DNA of 64,000 nt from the sequence record OZ336094.1. One strand, 5' to 3'. The DNA is from a phage. Positions 1 through 9,318 of the stretch are shown here, piece by piece. Within the stretch, counting starts at the first letter, position 1; the number at the start of each line of letters is the position of its first letter. The position numbers and the translations under genes were made by a program. Below the pieces are notes generated by a model that saw only the letters and a program-made list of their open reading frames with translations, did no database searches and was not told the DNA's origin.

Positions 1-34
1 CGTGGATGCTATTGTTGCTAAACGCACATAATCA

Positions 35-58
35 AAGCCCCTTCGGGGGCTTATTATT
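35..58 (+). terminator. Intrinsic terminator-like hairpin (AGCCCC-TTCG-GGGGCT) with T-rich tail, downstream of a truncated upstream gene ending about nt 30
   Basis: GC stem with UUCG tetraloop followed by ttattattt; position read by hand. Confidence 0.5.
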
Positions 59-70
59 TAAGGAGATTAA

Positions 71-2890
71 ATGTATCCTATTCCTTTATTTATGTCAACA
101 ACATCAGCTTCAGTAGTAACAGCTACATCTATAACTACTTCCTCTATTGGTATTGCAATAGTTGGTGGTAAAAAACAACTGACATACACAGTTACACCCG
201 AAGATGGTGCGTTATTTGATATAGCTTTTTCATCTTCAGATAATACCAAAATGGTTATAGATAATAGTGGTATGATGGAGTTTGTTGCCGAAGGTGGTTT
301 TGATGCAATAATGACAGCTAAAAATAATTTAGGTGCTGTCTTAACTGATCAATCTGGTGGTTATGCTTCAGAATTAAGTGTGTACACTGAAAGTCTATTG
401 GCTATGGATGTAGGCACTACTCAACAGTTGGTTGCTACAATCAGTCCAGAAGGTGCTAAAGACCTTCCAGATATGGTAATTACATACACCACAACAGATC
501 CAGAAGTAGCTACTGTAAGCCCTACAGGATTAATAACTGCTCTTAAAGATGGCAATTGCCGTATAGGTTGTACTGCAACGTATCAAGGAACAGTTGTGGC
601 CTCTGATAGTTCTTATTTAGGTGTTAATGCTATTCCTGTTATTTCTAATGTAACAGCCGTGGCAAACAGCTATGGAGACGTTCGTGTTGCTTGGGATGTA
701 GCTGATCCGCTAGACGGTGATACTTATACTGTAGAAGTATTAGATTTAAGTAATAACAGTGTCCAGTGGACTACAACAACCACGAATACTTACGCCTACT
801 TTGATATCTCTGACTCTATTCCTCTTTATGGGTTTGCTCCAACATACCTTAAAATTAGCGTTAAGAGCACCAAAGCAGCAGCCGTTATCTTTAATAACTC
901 AATAGCTACAGATGATTCATTCATTAAAGAAGTTATTGTCTTTGCTGGACAAGATAACGTAAATGCACACTTTACAGAACTATCTGGTGCAAATAAAGCA
1001 GCAATGAGTAGCACAACAGCCCGTAATGCATATGCTACGCAACGTGGTTTAGCAAATGCTGAAGTTCTTCCGTTAAATACAGCTTCTGGATCATCAGCAG
1101 CAGATAAATATGCTGACGATAAAGCTGGAACAGGTACACCAGACAACTACTGGTATGATCTGGATAACACAGCAGATGGGCCATGCTTAACTAACTTTAT
1201 CACTAAAGTAACACCTTATGCAAGTAAGGTTAAAGCAATTATTTGGGGACAAGGTGAAAATGATGCTGTATCAGCATCTTCAACTGTTGCAGGTAGGTAC
1301 AGTAACACTACACGTTACCATGATGCTACGATAGCTATCTTTGATAAGATGCGTACAATAGTTCCTGCTTCTCAAGCAAAAATTGTTTGGCAGATCCTAG
1401 GACGTTCTTATTTATATGGTGTAGAAGTTAATGGTGTGGATTGGCAGAAGTACAGAAATGTACAAAGAACCATCTCTACAGCACGTGATGATGTTATCAT
1501 TGGTTCTTGGGTAGATGGTGCTGAACGTTACAGTGGTTATGTTTATGAAGAAGGTATTGATGGTCGTATCCATTATGTTTCTTCTGTATACCAAACAGCA
1601 GCTACAAAACTTGCTAAATCAGCAGCAGACGGTACAGACTTAACATCAACGTCACCTGTTTGGGTTGATATGGCTGTTCCAACTGGAGCAACAGCTACTT
1701 CCCAACCTAATCAAGATACAATTTTAGCATGGGATGCTCAAGGCTATAGTAAACACTACTTCCGTAATATTAACGTCTTAACCGCATCTGTATTAACTGA
1801 ACAAACGCTTAATACGAACAGTTATACGTTTACCTATGCAGATCAAGTAGAACAATATGGTTTTGCAGCAGGAACTACTATATTTGATGTTGCATATTAT
1901 GACGAAGCAAATGATGTGTTATCTCCTTTAGTACGTTTTAATGTTAACGTTACAGCAGGAACCGTAGAAGATAAACCTGTCGTGATGGACTATGATTTGA
2001 CGCAAGAAACTCTTCCATCAGATGTTAAGGTTAATGGTGGGAACTCTTTTGCTCGTGCTTCTGGAGATATACTTGTAGCCACTAACACCTTGGTTGCTCC
2101 GTTGGAGTATGTTGGTAATACCCCTGTAGGTAGACGTGTAACAGCTAACACAGCTTCACAAATTTTTGTCAACAACGCCTTAACAAGTGCAAGCCCGTGG
2201 GTAAAGACCAACTTAACTGTTGCAGCTTCATCTGATAAATCTCCGGCTGGAACTACTGCCAATGTATTCAAATTAACTCCGACTACAACCTCTGGTAGTC
2301 ATATCTTAACTGCAACATATACTAACGCGTACAACATATCTGCCGGACGTAACTGGTCTGCCTCTGTTTTCTTGAAAGCAAACGGGATTACTAAGGCCAA
2401 ACTAAGATTAAAAGCAGGAACTGAAGTTAATGAGGGTACTTTTGATTTAGCAGCAGGTACATTCACAGGAAGTGAAGCTAATATTATATCTATGGGCAAC
2501 GGTTGGTATCGTGCTATTCTGCATAAAACAGGGATAGCCAAACAGTCCTTCATAAGTTTTGAAATAATTGCCTTGGATGCAACTGGTGCGGAGATTTTCT
2601 CTGGAGATGGTACTAGTAACCTTGCAGTTTGGTTGCCACAGCTTGAAGGTGCTTCTACAGGAGAAACATCAAAAGCTGGATCGCCTTATGTCTGCACATA
2701 TCCTGGAAATTTAGGAGGAGTATCCTTCACTATACCAAGGAACGGACATACTGGTGTGGATGTTTACTATTCCAACGGAGACGTTGTTCGTGACGTATTC
2801 TCTGGTACGGCATCTACTTGGACAATAAACTACTCCAGCTTGTACGATTGGGGATCAGTCTTTATTACAGGTTTGAAATATTACGACTAA
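71..2890 (+). CDS. Tail fibre / tail spike protein with Ig-like (BIG2/FN3-like) repeats and a central SGNH/sialate-O-acetylesterase-like segment
   Basis: 939-aa ORF; RBS aaggag before ATG; Thr/Ser-rich N-terminus; BIG2-like segment (TTDPEVATVSPTGLITALKDGNC); esterase-like block (KAIIWGQGENDA); domain calls from motif memory only. Confidence 0.5.
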   Translation: MYPIPLFMSTTSASVVTATSITTSSIGIAIVGGKKQLTYTVTPEDGALFDIAFSSSDNTKMVIDNSGMMEFVAEGGFDAIMTAKNNLGAVLTDQSGGYASELSVYTESLLAMDVGTTQQLVATISPEGAKDLPDMVITYTTTDPEVATVSPTGLITALKDGNCRIGCTATYQGTVVASDSSYLGVNAIPVISNVTAVANSYGDVRVAWDVADPLDGDTYTVEVLDLSNNSVQWTTTTTNTYAYFDISDSIPLYGFAPTYLKISVKSTKAAAVIFNNSIATDDSFIKEVIVFAGQDNVNAHFTELSGANKAAMSSTTARNAYATQRGLANAEVLPLNTASGSSAADKYADDKAGTGTPDNYWYDLDNTADGPCLTNFITKVTPYASKVKAIIWGQGENDAVSASSTVAGRYSNTTRYHDATIAIFDKMRTIVPASQAKIVWQILGRSYLYGVEVNGVDWQKYRNVQRTISTARDDVIIGSWVDGAERYSGYVYEEGIDGRIHYVSSVYQTAATKLAKSAADGTDLTSTSPVWVDMAVPTGATATSQPNQDTILAWDAQGYSKHYFRNINVLTASVLTEQTLNTNSYTFTYADQVEQYGFAAGTTIFDVAYYDEANDVLSPLVRFNVNVTAGTVEDKPVVMDYDLTQETLPSDVKVNGGNSFARASGDILVATNTLVAPLEYVGNTPVGRRVTANTASQIFVNNALTSASPWVKTNLTVAASSDKSPAGTTANVFKLTPTTTSGSHILTATYTNAYNISAGRNWSASVFLKANGITKAKLRLKAGTEVNEGTFDLAAGTFTGSEANIISMGNGWYRAILHKTGIAKQSFISFEIIALDATGAEIFSGDGTSNLAVWLPQLEGASTGETSKAGSPYVCTYPGNLGGVSFTIPRNGHTGVDVYYSNGDVVRDVFSGTASTWTINYSSLYDWGSVFITGLKYYD

Positions 2891-2892
2891 TA

Positions 2893-2922
2893 AAAAAGGA
2901 GCCATTAGGCTCCTTTTCTTTT
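2893..2922. terminator. Bidirectional terminator hairpin (GGAGCC-ATTA-GGCTCC) between convergent genes
   Basis: Perfect 6-8 bp stem flanked by A-run upstream and T-run downstream; same stem recurs near 4066. Confidence 0.55.
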
Positions 2923-2925
2923 ATC

Positions 2926-3357
2926 TTAGTCAGTGAAAATTACGCTTACATCTTCTTTAGAAAAGAGTTTATGATCTTCACCTTTTGTCTCAAGAGTTTC
3001 ATACAGATTAAGAAGTTCTGAAACATCTTTCTCTACCAGTTTCTTCAATGTTGCAATTTTCTGTTTGCGACTCTTAATACGTTCAGCTACAACCTTACGC
3101 TGGTATCCGGCAGTACGATAACCTGAGAAAGTTACACCAGTAAGGCTTGCAGTCACAGGATCGTAGTGACGTTCAATCTGAAACTTATTAAAAGGTACAG
3201 CGTCATCACGAATAATCTTACCGCCATTACTTACTTGACGAAGACCAGTAACTTGCTCCAGTCGTGCCATAGAAATCTTTGGAGACAGACCAGAGTCCAG
3301 GTTCATACCATTGTTAATCAGTGCTTTCAGGGTGATTTTGCTGTTCAGTGTACTCAT
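2926..3357 (-). CDS. Hypothetical protein, 143 aa, overlapping the 3' end of the methyltransferase gene
   Basis: Track ORF; strong RBS (ggagga) 8 nt upstream of ATG on minus strand; no recognisable motif. Confidence 0.5.
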   Translation of the reverse strand: MSTLNSKITLKALINNGMNLDSGLSPKISMARLEQVTGLRQVSNGGKIIRDDAVPFNKFQIERHYDPVTASLTGVTFSGYRTAGYQRKVVAERIKSRKQKIATLKKLVEKDVSELLNLYETLETKGEDHKLFSKEDVSVIFTD

Positions 3358-4045
3358 TTAGTCGTTCCTCCGCTTGCTTAAAAATATTTACATCGGCTTC
3401 ACAGCCAAAGTATTCTCTACCTGTTAAAAGTGCCGCAACTTGTGTTGTTGCACTTCCAGAGAAGAAGTCTAAGACTACATCTCCTTCGTTGGTGTGTATA
3501 TTAATAAGGTCACAAAACAAAGTCAAGTGTTTTTGTGTTGGATGAAAACGATCTGCTCCTTGATAGATAGGATACTCAAACACACCCTTATGGTAGGAAG
3601 CATTGAAGGTTGGCTTCGAACCTTTAACACAAACAATAGCCATCTCTTTAGCGTTACTAAGATAGTTAACACCACTGTTGATGGGTACAGGGTTTGTTTT
3701 AATCCATTCGATAGTACGGAACATACGAAAACCAAGTGGTTCAAGGATTTCACGTAGCTCTTGGATCTTCCAGATATCATACCAAACGATGCAAGTACCA
3801 CCTTTTCTAAGCACCCTGTAGGCTTCTTTGAATACTTCTTTAAAGTAAGGAATATCTACAACATCCCAATCACCAAAGTTGTAAGATACACGGAATCTAT
3901 CCGTATCTTTTCCAGTCGGCTCTCCAGATTGAAAATTTGTGTCACGAGAAATAGCATATGGTGGGTCAGTAAGAATCAAATCTACACTATTGCTTTCGAG
4001 GGTTTGCAGGTAGTTTAATGCGGTGTTGTTTACAAATTCGCTCAT
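3314..4045 (-). CDS. DNA methyltransferase, beta-class N6-adenine or N4-cytosine type
   Basis: DPPY motif IV near N-terminus (LILTDPPYAIS) and FxGxG-like SAM motif near C-terminus (VLDFFSGSATT); RBS aaggag. Confidence 0.75.
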   Translation of the reverse strand: MSEFVNNTALNYLQTLESNSVDLILTDPPYAISRDTNFQSGEPTGKDTDRFRVSYNFGDWDVVDIPYFKEVFKEAYRVLRKGGTCIVWYDIWKIQELREILEPLGFRMFRTIEWIKTNPVPINSGVNYLSNAKEMAIVCVKGSKPTFNASYHKGVFEYPIYQGADRFHPTQKHLTLFCDLINIHTNEGDVVLDFFSGSATTQVAALLTGREYFGCEADVNIFKQAEERLNEYTEQQNHPESTD

Positions 4046-4057
4046 TATATCTCCTTC

Positions 4058-4084
4058 AAAGAAAAGGAGCCGTTAGGCTCCTTA
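4058..4084 (-). terminator. Terminator hairpin (GGAGCC-GTTA-GGCTCC) downstream of the SSB-like gene
   Basis: Same stem as the 2898 hairpin; T-run follows on minus strand. Confidence 0.5.
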
Positions 4085-4105
4085 TATTCACACAATACTT
4101 AACTA

Positions 4106-5053
4106 TTAGAAACAGTGCAGGAAGTTTCGACCATACTGCAAACCAATAGGAGCAAATGGGATATCATCATCGAAGTCTTGAACAACAGGTTCTGGTTCTT
4201 TCGGTGCTGGCTCTTTCTTCTCTACTTTTTTAGTTTCTTTCTTAACTTCTTGTACTGGGGTAGACATTCCACGGATAGCAGCAGCTACTTTATCAGACAA
4301 AGCAAGAACTTCACGAGCAGCTTCAATAATCTCTTCTGCCGTTACAGTTTTACCTGTATGATCACGACAAGCGTTAAGAATTGCGTGTCCAACTGAAGCA
4401 CCAAGATCATAGTCAGTTACATCAACGCCACGATCTTTAGCAATTTCAGCTTTCAGAGTAACAGTTGCAGATTGTACCACACCAGCCAAGTCGAAAGCAT
4501 CACCTTTTACACCAGCACGTAGAAGCTCCAGAGCGCCGTTTACAGCGTGTCCTGTTTCAATCCCTACGGTATCACGTTTTTTGTAGTTAGGCTTGCTACC
4601 GTCATTATTAGAGGGCTTATTTCCACCTTTTGAAGAGGATTGTGCTTGCTGAACACCTTCTGTTGAAAGAATAGTGATTTTACCTTTAGAGGAGTTGTAG
4701 TATGTTTTGCCATTCCATTCAGAAGGTTTAACATCCATAGTTAGTTCTACACCTTTTTCGATAGTAACCCACTTATCACCATCTTTAACTTGCAGGTTTT
4801 CATGTTCTGGGTGCAGTTTAACTTCACCTAGGCTAACCCAAACACCTTTATCATCAGCACCAGCACCTTTCTCTTTAATAAGCAGAGATGCTTTGTGAGT
4901 TGATTCAATTTTCTTATCTGGCTGACCTGCAACCTTAATATAAGAGACTTTCATTTCATCAAACTTATCTAGTTTGACATATTCAACGATACCTTCAGCC
5001 CAGAATGCTTCTTTTTTAGTACGACGGTCGATTTCAGAATTAATTACTGGCAT
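4106..5053 (-). CDS. Single-stranded DNA-binding protein-like, with SSB-type acidic tip motif DFDDDIPF followed by a 15-aa extension
   Basis: 315 aa; C-terminal region ...VVQDFDDDIPFAPIGLQYGRNFLHCF; Gly/Ser/Asn-rich linker; location in replication module. Confidence 0.45.
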   Translation of the reverse strand: MPVINSEIDRRTKKEAFWAEGIVEYVKLDKFDEMKVSYIKVAGQPDKKIESTHKASLLIKEKGAGADDKGVWVSLGEVKLHPEHENLQVKDGDKWVTIEKGVELTMDVKPSEWNGKTYYNSSKGKITILSTEGVQQAQSSSKGGNKPSNNDGSKPNYKKRDTVGIETGHAVNGALELLRAGVKGDAFDLAGVVQSATVTLKAEIAKDRGVDVTDYDLGASVGHAILNACRDHTGKTVTAEEIIEAAREVLALSDKVAAAIRGMSTPVQEVKKETKKVEKKEPAPKEPEPVVQDFDDDIPFAPIGLQYGRNFLHCF

Positions 5054-5069
5054 AAATTCTCCTCTATAA

Positions 5070-5468
5070 TTACATTACTTTAACACAAAACTCTCGTAAA
5101 AGAGTAGCGTCAGTTTCTTCCAACAGGTATTTACCAAGACCAATACCAAATCCTATTTCACCACTTTCAAAATGGAGGATTTGTATCTTTTCTCCACCAA
5201 GGTTAATTACTTTTGCTTTTCCAGGATTATCCAAAACATCTCGTATTGTATCCTGTAGTAACATAAGTTCACGTTTTGTGATAGTGGTTTCAGATATCTC
5301 TTTGTTTTCTACTCTCACTGTTAAACGGTTGTATCCACCAAAGAGACATAGTATTTGAATAAAAAAGGTATTATCTTGAGGTTCAACATCTTTTTTAGTT
5401 AGCTCAAGACGATTAGTTTCTCTACTGTAGAACGTCTCGACTAAGATTTTAGAACGATTATCTGTCAT
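5070..5468 (-). CDS. Hypothetical protein, 132 aa
   Basis: Track ORF co-oriented in replication block; no motif recognised. Confidence 0.45.
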   Translation of the reverse strand: MTDNRSKILVETFYSRETNRLELTKKDVEPQDNTFFIQILCLFGGYNRLTVRVENKEISETTITKRELMLLQDTIRDVLDNPGKAKVINLGGEKIQILHFESGEIGFGIGLGKYLLEETDATLLREFCVKVM

Positions 5469-5511
5469 TCAAGTCCTCATAATAACACACAATTATAATG
5501 TTTGTCAACAC

Positions 5512-6105
5512 TTAAATTTTAAATTCTTCATTGTTAAATGAATCCAGTGTACGTACTTCTGGTTCTTTGGGAATGAAAACGTCTTTTACAAAGCGGAACA
5601 TGGGGAAACGTTCTGCCATTTTACGGACGTGTGCTTCTTTACCTGTGTATCGGTGATTAATAGTACAAATATTAGTTTTCAGTGCAAATTCAAAATCTGG
5701 ATGATATACATAATTTTGACCATCCCAGTAACACAAGCAAATAGCTACATCAAAGTTCCATACGATTTCACTGCGTACACCTTCTTCCATGATCATAAAG
5801 TTAAACTTAAGATCTTTATAGTATGCTTCAAATACCCATTTCAAATGTGGTAGTTCGGCATAAGTGTGTTCTGTTTGCTTAGTAAGTTGTTTAACATTAC
5901 GTGCACCAACACCCAACATCAAAAATTTCTCTACTAATACGAGTGTATTGTGGTTAGGCATACGCAAGTAAATGTCAATATCTTGCGCAGGTTTCTCTAA
6001 TCGCCAGTCACGTACAGCGCCGCCAGCTACAATTGCAAACGGATCTACCAGTTGGCACATACGTAATACTTCTAAAGCTCGTACTTTTTGATCTTCAATA
6101 TTCAT
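5512..6105 (-). CDS. Minimal nucleotidyltransferase, pol-beta superfamily (CCA-adding / poly(A) polymerase head-domain-like)
   Basis: Motif AIVAGGAVRDWRL...DIDIYL resembles the GGxVRD...DxD head motif of tRNA nucleotidyltransferases; only 197 aa. Confidence 0.4.
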   Translation of the reverse strand: MNIEDQKVRALEVLRMCQLVDPFAIVAGGAVRDWRLEKPAQDIDIYLRMPNHNTLVLVEKFLMLGVGARNVKQLTKQTEHTYAELPHLKWVFEAYYKDLKFNFMIMEEGVRSEIVWNFDVAICLCYWDGQNYVYHPDFEFALKTNICTINHRYTGKEAHVRKMAERFPMFRFVKDVFIPKEPEVRTLDSFNNEEFKI

Positions 6106-6242
6106 ATTTTCTCCTATCTCTTATGGTCTTTGCGTTATTCTAGATGTTCAAACATCTAATTATGAAATGGTTTAAAAGTGTGGAACAACCTTGGCAATAA
6201 TAGATTGTCCCACATAAAAACTCCTTTAAAATCAAAGAGATG

Positions 6243-8822
6243 TCAGTGACAACTAGCCCATGAGTTACCAACATCGTAACCAGCAGTGAGAGGTACATTA
6301 AGATTGTAATACTCACCAGCTTTATTAACAGCGATAGATGCTAATTCTCCAGCACGACTGTAGGCTGTAAACCAACCACCTTTCGGAGATTCATGTACGT
6401 TAGCCCAAATCTTGCCAGTACGTTTCTCTTCCTCTTCTTTCCAGGCATTAACTTTATCCAAACATTCTTTATCAATTTTCTTTTGTTCTTCTGGATCATC
6501 AACTTGAGTCCAACCTAAAGATTCTTTAGAGAACCATTTAAAATGCACCAGATCACGAGTTACTTCAAGCTGCGCTTCATCGTGATATGCAATCATTTGT
6601 TGAACGAATGACTTATTTTTCCAGTCATCAACAAAAAAGTCAACAGCTAATCCTTCTTCTTCGATAAGATCGTCGTAGATAACCATTGCTCTTTTTGCAC
6701 AAATAACACCACCACTCTGGAACAGAGAGTTAAGTATTGCGTGTGCAGATCGTGTAGGTACTTTTCTACCATCAATACCGAGAATGTATTTCTTACCTGT
6801 TTTAACCCAAAAATCATGCAGACGTTCTTTAAGAAGCGCAAGAGGTTTTGCAGCTTCCCAGAAAGCATCGTATACAAGCTGTCCTGTATACATATCACTA
6901 CCTATAGTTTTTGCTACTTTTGCAGCTTGAGCACCATAAGTAATACCATACTTAACAGATTTAGCAGGGCTTCGTTCAAACTTACGACCAATAGTGTCAG
7001 AAATACGTCGAGCCATCATTGTATGAACATCATTAGGTTTTTCCAATAATAGAGCATTACAATATTCGTGTGGTTCTTGCTCGTACCGCCAACAGTAGTG
7101 TGATTCTATTTTTGCCTCAAGAGAATCAAAGTCATAACCAATTTGGAAGTATTTTGGAACTTCTACACCAAATAAGTTACGCATTTCATATCCGTACAGA
7201 GATGTTACACGTGGGATATTTGCTACTAACCTATGTTTCATACGAGACGTAGCTGCATCACACGTTGCAGCAGGAGTTGGTATACGACCATCAGCCCTTA
7301 CTGCCGCCAGATAACCTTTATCGTAATCCTCTTCATCTTCTTCCCAATCAGCACCACCCCCTAGAATAGAGTTCCTACGGTGTTTATACGTAAGATACTG
7401 CACAATCTGCGTAGCATAAGGAAACTTTTCACCTAGTGCTTCCAAGTTAGGACAAATATCTTTCTCTTGCCCTTTTGTAAAGGAAGGGTTAGTAAGCACT
7501 TTAACACCACGACCTTTAGCTTTAGCAATACGATCTCTTAGTTTCCATTCCAAAGTTTCTGGTGTGCACTCTAGATGATCACATCTGTCCTGGCAGAAGT
7601 TAGATGCTAACGTTTGATCAACATAGTCACGAATAGCTTTCTCCATTTGTGCTTCATCTTTCTTAATCTTAGTGCCAGATTTAAGAGTGATATCTTTATC
7701 TTTGTATTCAGATGGACTCCAACCTAAACCAACTAACCAGTTTTTAATATGTGTAGTGTCGTCTAAAGTAGCAGGTACTGTAGGATCACAAATAGGTTCT
7801 TCTGCTGGAATAGGTAGTTTAAACTCCTTACCTAATGCAAATAGCCACCAACCATCTTCTTTTTGTACAAGTTCACCAGAATGTTTCTCTGCAAACTTTA
7901 TCATGTTACTTGAAGGTTCACCATTCTTTTTAAACTGTAGTTTAGGTGGAATGAATGATTTCAAATAACCTTTGGTAGCAGGTTTAGGAGGTAGCACAGG
8001 TTCTGCCTCTAAACGACATGCTTCCATTCGAGCATCCAGATCACGAATATTATCTTCTGCTTGTTTCATATTGAAAGCAAAGCCACGGTGCTCTTGACGT
8101 GTAATAATATCAGCTACACGTTGTTCTAAGTTAAATGGTTCAGACCACTTATTATAATCACCCCACTCTTCCATCAAATAACGGAACACTGCGGTGTTAG
8201 CTTTGTTATCGTAAATACAGTAATACAGCATATCTGCTGCAAATGTTTTAAATCTTTCAGTTTCAGGAATGTTTTTTCTAAAATCAATTTTAACATCCCC
8301 TCCAGCTTTCTTAGATAACTCTGCCAGACTATGACCACCGAAGCGATCAGGGTTTAGTGTCTTACTTAAGATCATAGTATCACAAATTTCAATGTTACTA
8401 TCACCCCAAGTATTGTACTTAACACTGTAGTTGAGTTTAAAAAATAATTTAATTGCCAGTAAGTCGAAGTTAATGATGTTGTGTCCAACTACTTTGGTAA
8501 TTTTATAGTTTGAATTACCTTTAAATTTACCTGTTCCATTTACAAAATCAGGAAAATCTTTAAGAGGGAAATGGGTATATTCTAAATGCTCATATTCCTC
8601 CAGTCGGTATTCATACTTTCCGTCAGTCTCAACATACGGACGACCATCGAAAAGATATTTATCACCATCATGGAAAGCAATAATCTCTCCAGTATCATGA
8701 CTTTCGCACACAATACAGTGCATTGCAAAACTATCTTTTAAACGATATGGACTTGCCAAGTAATCTACACTTTCGTCATTAAGCAAGTTGTTACTTTCAA
8801 TGTCGAAAGTAAAAGCTCCCAT
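6243..8822 (-). CDS. DNA polymerase, family A, with N-terminal 3'-5' exonuclease domain
   Basis: Exo motifs FDIE, GHNIINFD, YYCIYD; polymerase motif A-like DFDSLEAKI, motif B-like KSVKYGITYG, motif C YHDE; RBS ggaggg. Confidence 0.8.
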   Translation of the reverse strand: MGAFTFDIESNNLLNDESVDYLASPYRLKDSFAMHCIVCESHDTGEIIAFHDGDKYLFDGRPYVETDGKYEYRLEEYEHLEYTHFPLKDFPDFVNGTGKFKGNSNYKITKVVGHNIINFDLLAIKLFFKLNYSVKYNTWGDSNIEICDTMILSKTLNPDRFGGHSLAELSKKAGGDVKIDFRKNIPETERFKTFAADMLYYCIYDNKANTAVFRYLMEEWGDYNKWSEPFNLEQRVADIITRQEHRGFAFNMKQAEDNIRDLDARMEACRLEAEPVLPPKPATKGYLKSFIPPKLQFKKNGEPSSNMIKFAEKHSGELVQKEDGWWLFALGKEFKLPIPAEEPICDPTVPATLDDTTHIKNWLVGLGWSPSEYKDKDITLKSGTKIKKDEAQMEKAIRDYVDQTLASNFCQDRCDHLECTPETLEWKLRDRIAKAKGRGVKVLTNPSFTKGQEKDICPNLEALGEKFPYATQIVQYLTYKHRRNSILGGGADWEEDEEDYDKGYLAAVRADGRIPTPAATCDAATSRMKHRLVANIPRVTSLYGYEMRNLFGVEVPKYFQIGYDFDSLEAKIESHYCWRYEQEPHEYCNALLLEKPNDVHTMMARRISDTIGRKFERSPAKSVKYGITYGAQAAKVAKTIGSDMYTGQLVYDAFWEAAKPLALLKERLHDFWVKTGKKYILGIDGRKVPTRSAHAILNSLFQSGGVICAKRAMVIYDDLIEEEGLAVDFFVDDWKNKSFVQQMIAYHDEAQLEVTRDLVHFKWFSKESLGWTQVDDPEEQKKIDKECLDKVNAWKEEEEKRTGKIWANVHESPKGGWFTAYSRAGELASIAVNKAGEYYNLNVPLTAGYDVGNSWASCH

Positions 8823-8912
8823 TCTCCCTCCTTAAAATATTTCTAAAGTCTTAATTTGTTAATACTGTACCACAAATTAATTGTTTTGTAAAGGGGCTTT
8901 CGCCCCTTCTTG

Positions 8913-9308
8913 TTATTTATTGTCAGCACTTAGTTGTACTTTAATAAGGCAATTAGGGACACCATTGGTATTTCTCAAGCCTACACGTTCAATTTTAACA
9001 GTGCCTGTCAAACCATTAAAAGTGGAAACAATGTTATTAATGTTTTCATCCTTACTAGTGATATCAAGAATAACTTTATCACTGACATTTTTCAACATAC
9101 GATCTACAAGCTCTCCCACAAAACCACTGGTAGTTTGAATGAGAAGGTATAGACAACCATCCTCAAACCACAAATGTTCACCATAAGCATAACCGTATGG
9201 TTCTAATTCTGATCCGTCTTGAAATTTAAACTTAGCAATAGTTTTCGTATAATCATACGCTAAAGCAGAAGGGCATACCCCATAGAGGATGTTTTCGTTG
9301 TCTTTCAT
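8913..9308 (-). CDS. Hypothetical protein, 131 aa (start refined to internal ATG with RBS)
   Basis: Track ORF 8913..9437 overlaps primase-helicase 3' end; internal Met 44 preceded by aaggag and lies just downstream of the primase-helicase stop. Confidence 0.45.
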   Translation of the reverse strand: MKDNENILYGVCPSALAYDYTKTIAKFKFQDGSELEPYGYAYGEHLWFEDGCLYLLIQTTSGFVGELVDRMLKNVSDKVILDITSKDENINNIVSTFNGLTGTVKIERVGLRNTNGVPNCLIKVQLSADNK

Positions 9309-9318
9309 ATTTTTCTCC

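Noticed and set aside
67-249. 60-aa minus-strand ORF at the start of the tail fibre gene
   Set aside because: Antisense to a 939-aa gene that has a strong RBS; no independent support.
2926-3357. 143-aa ORF as a restriction endonuclease partner of the methyltransferase
   Set aside because: No clear PD-(D/E)xK or HNH motif by eye, and a self-targeting R-M system in a lytic phage is unlikely; left as hypothetical.
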